DNA of 64,000 nucleotides from Podospora anserina (Eukaryota): NCBI GenBank assembly GCA_017654855.1, contig CM030338.1, positions 2,046,001 to 2,110,000 of the forward strand, read 5' to 3'. Shown piece by piece: positions 61,466 to 64,000 of this stretch (position 1 is its first letter; each line of letters starts with the position of its first letter). The notes under the pieces were generated by a model. It saw only the letters and a program-made list of their open reading frames with translations, ran no database searches and was not told where the DNA came from. The position numbers and the translations under genes were made by a program.

Positions 61466-64000
61466 TCAATGGAACAGTGTCGTATTCACAACACTAGCCC
61501 TCTCAGCCGGCAGCTGATCCAGCTCGTACTATTATCATCTTCATTAGTATCCCGTTGTTGTTGTCACATAGTTTGGGGGGGGAAAAACTCACCTCCAAAA
61601 ACCCCACCCCCCCAATCAAAACCATCAAGCTCTCCCCCAACTCCCCAATCCTCTCCTCCAACCTCCTCTGCGCCTCCTTGTTGTTATTGTTGTTGTTGTT
61701 GTTGTTGTTGTTGTTATTATCCCCCCCCTTCTTCCCACCCCCCAGTATGGAATCAACCCCCCTCACGGTCCCCCCAAAAGAGAACCCATCACTAATTGAC
61801 CTCTCCTGCTGTTGTTCCTCCCCTCCTCCCCACATCCCATTCCCCACAATCCCAATCCCCGCCGCCCTCTTGAGCGTGTGCACAACCAACATCCTGTGCC
61901 TCTGCAAAAACCCCCTCGCCTGGACAATATTCCCCTGCCCCCTCGACAGCACACTAGCAGTAATAATCCTAGCCAGCGACACAAGCAAAAAGTAGTGTTT
62001 TTCCAACGCGACAGTGTTGGACGGGTTGATCTCCAGCTCTGGGTCGGCGGCAAACACCCCCGAGATTTCCAACGCGCGGAAGAGGTTGGCTTGGAGGATG
62101 TACATCGCCCCTGTTTTTGTCTGGGCGAGCTGGAGGAGGAAGCAGAGTTTGGCGGTGAGGTACTGCTCCGTCGCTTCTGCTGTTGAGGCGGGGAGAGGAG
62201 AAGGGGGGTTGATAATCGCGAGCCATTCTCGCAGGATTGTTTTCAGCGAGTCGACCAAGACGCCGATGAAGTTGAGCCTGTTGAGGGACTCAATGACGGA
62301 AATGGATGTTGGGTTGGTGTGCGGCGAGGAGCGGGATATGTGGACTAGAGCTGATAAAAGGACCATGGCAGCGGTCTGGCAGAGCGTGTCAGACCCATAA
62401 GCATCATCGCAGATGACGTGAAGGAGCTTCTCCCCGTGGTTCTGGATGGCCTTGTGGGTTCTGATCCTCGCCGTGAGGAGGCTCGAGCTGCGCGTGTCGC
62501 CGCCGTCGTTGTCCACCACCCCAGTAAGGTAGCGGTAACAGATACTGTAGTATAACCCGCGCAGCTCGGCAAACTGGTTCCATTTGACAATAGACGCCAG
62601 ACATACCTGGAAAAGCTGAAACAGCTTCTCGCTGACCAGATTCCCCATGGCAATCTTATCCGTCTCCAACCCAGGCGCACCGCCGGTATTATCCGAAAAG
62701 TCAAGCTTGTAAAGAAGGATCTTGGCCACCTTTGCCAGCTCAAACGCCTCGGGAGGATTGTCCGTGTTCAACGACTCCAACGTCGGCAGAATAGCCTGCA
62801 GCGCCTGCAGCAAGAACGTCGTCTTGACCGTGCCCCTGAACTCATTGGCCTCGAACATGACCAGCAACAGATCCGACCACTTCTTCAGCAGCTCAAGCCT
62901 GACAGCCCGAACCAAAACCCGGCGGTTGTTGAACAGGAGATACTCCAGCAGCACCTGCTCCTCCGCTTGGATCTCATCCATGCCCTCCTGAGGCACCATG
63001 GCCAGCGTGTCCCGGTACTCGCTACGCTTGAGCTGAATGCACTCCTTCACTCTGGAGAGATTGTACTGTATCCCCGCCCCCCCAGCGTCGATCACACACG
63101 GGCTCAGGTCGAGCTCATGGTAGAAATGAAACTGCGGCGGCGCAACCTCCCACGAGATATCAACATTCATGAAATCAAAAAAGTCAAAAATATTGTGCGC
63201 CGCCAACGTCTCCTGGTTCTCCAGCGTGATCTGCCCATTGAGAGCATCAAAAATCTGACGCTTGATCGACGGTATCCTGTTCTGCGAAACGCTGCACAGC
63301 TCCTTGGCAATATACTCAAAGACAATGGCCCTCGAACCGAGGTAGTCGATATACGCAACCGACGCCGTCGACAGGAGGAACGAATTGTCATCCAGCGTCA
63401 TATCGTTCCACGGCAGCCCCGGCACGATTTGTGACTCTCTCAGAAGCATGTGGAACAGAAAGTTGGTTGACCTCAACTCTTCCATCACCAAAGTCGACGA
63501 AAGCGGCGACTTCCACAGCAGCTGGAAGATGCGGAGAATCTTGTACTTGAGCGTAATCAAGTATCCGCGCATTCCTCGATCACCCTCATTCACCACCAGT
63601 TCGATGACCACACCCAACAGGCTGTGGAAGAGGGATCTCTGGTTGTCAAACACCCCGTTGGGCGCAACGCTCAACCCCCGCAGCTCGCAGTTGAAACCGA
63701 GAAGCAAATGCGCAATCGTGGGCTGGTCGGGTGATGCCCTGAGGGTCTCGTATAAAAAGTCGAGAATGAAGAGTTTGATCAGGTATTCTTCCGACTCTGT
63801 CTCGAGCGCCGGATCGATCACCGCGTTGATGCTAGCAGCAAGTGATGTTCCGATGACCTCGCCCTCGCCATCCTTCTCAAGCTGGACAATGGCCTTGTTC
63901 CGGTGTCCTGGGCGATGGGTGTCGGGATTCCATGCCGAAATAAGCTTGCTGGAAGTTGAAACCTTCTCTAGCAGCTTGAGACAGGAAAGAGTGAGTTCGC
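61466..64000 (-). CDS. NUP192: Inner-ring nucleoporin Nup192/Nup205, 3' part (start outside window)
   Basis: PTIAHLLLGF, LLHVICDDAY, LLQLAQTKTGA, FAADPELEI. Last intron 61529-61592; ends ..TLFH*. Confidence 0.9.
61680..61718 (-). repeat. (AAC/AAT)13 coding microsatellite = N13 in Nup192 tail
   Basis: Direct reading. Confidence 0.92.

Overview
Gene-dense eukaryotic DNA from a filamentous ascomycete. Short GT-AG introns with CTRAC-type branch points and the protein content point to Sordariales, probably Podospora-like (inference). About 23 recognisable protein-coding genes, mostly housekeeping: a partial alpha/beta-hydrolase, a DUF1640/CCDC90 protein, LAA1/HEATR5, TACO1/YebC, PET100, SMP3, SKP1, ARL1, FRS2, PHS1, a polyQ-containing lipase-like hydrolase, PAP1, a carboxylesterase, a Zn2Cys6 factor, an ABCG half-transporter, an NDUFAF2/NDUFA12-like protein, a calponin-homology protein, MIP1, an SLX8/RNF4-like RING ligase and a partial NUP192. 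No transposon, tRNA, rRNA or CRISPR array was recognised. The most interesting signals are: (1) an intronless HeLo-domain plus degenerate-kinase gene with an MLKL-like architecture; (2) a ~430-nt run of strand-biased hairpins between PAP1 and the carboxylesterase that looks like an unannotated structured ncRNA; (3) an orphan ORF that resembles the Smc5/6 loader subunit Nse5; (4) a hidden five-exon small gene not visible in the ORF track. All intron models were read by eye and no database search was run.
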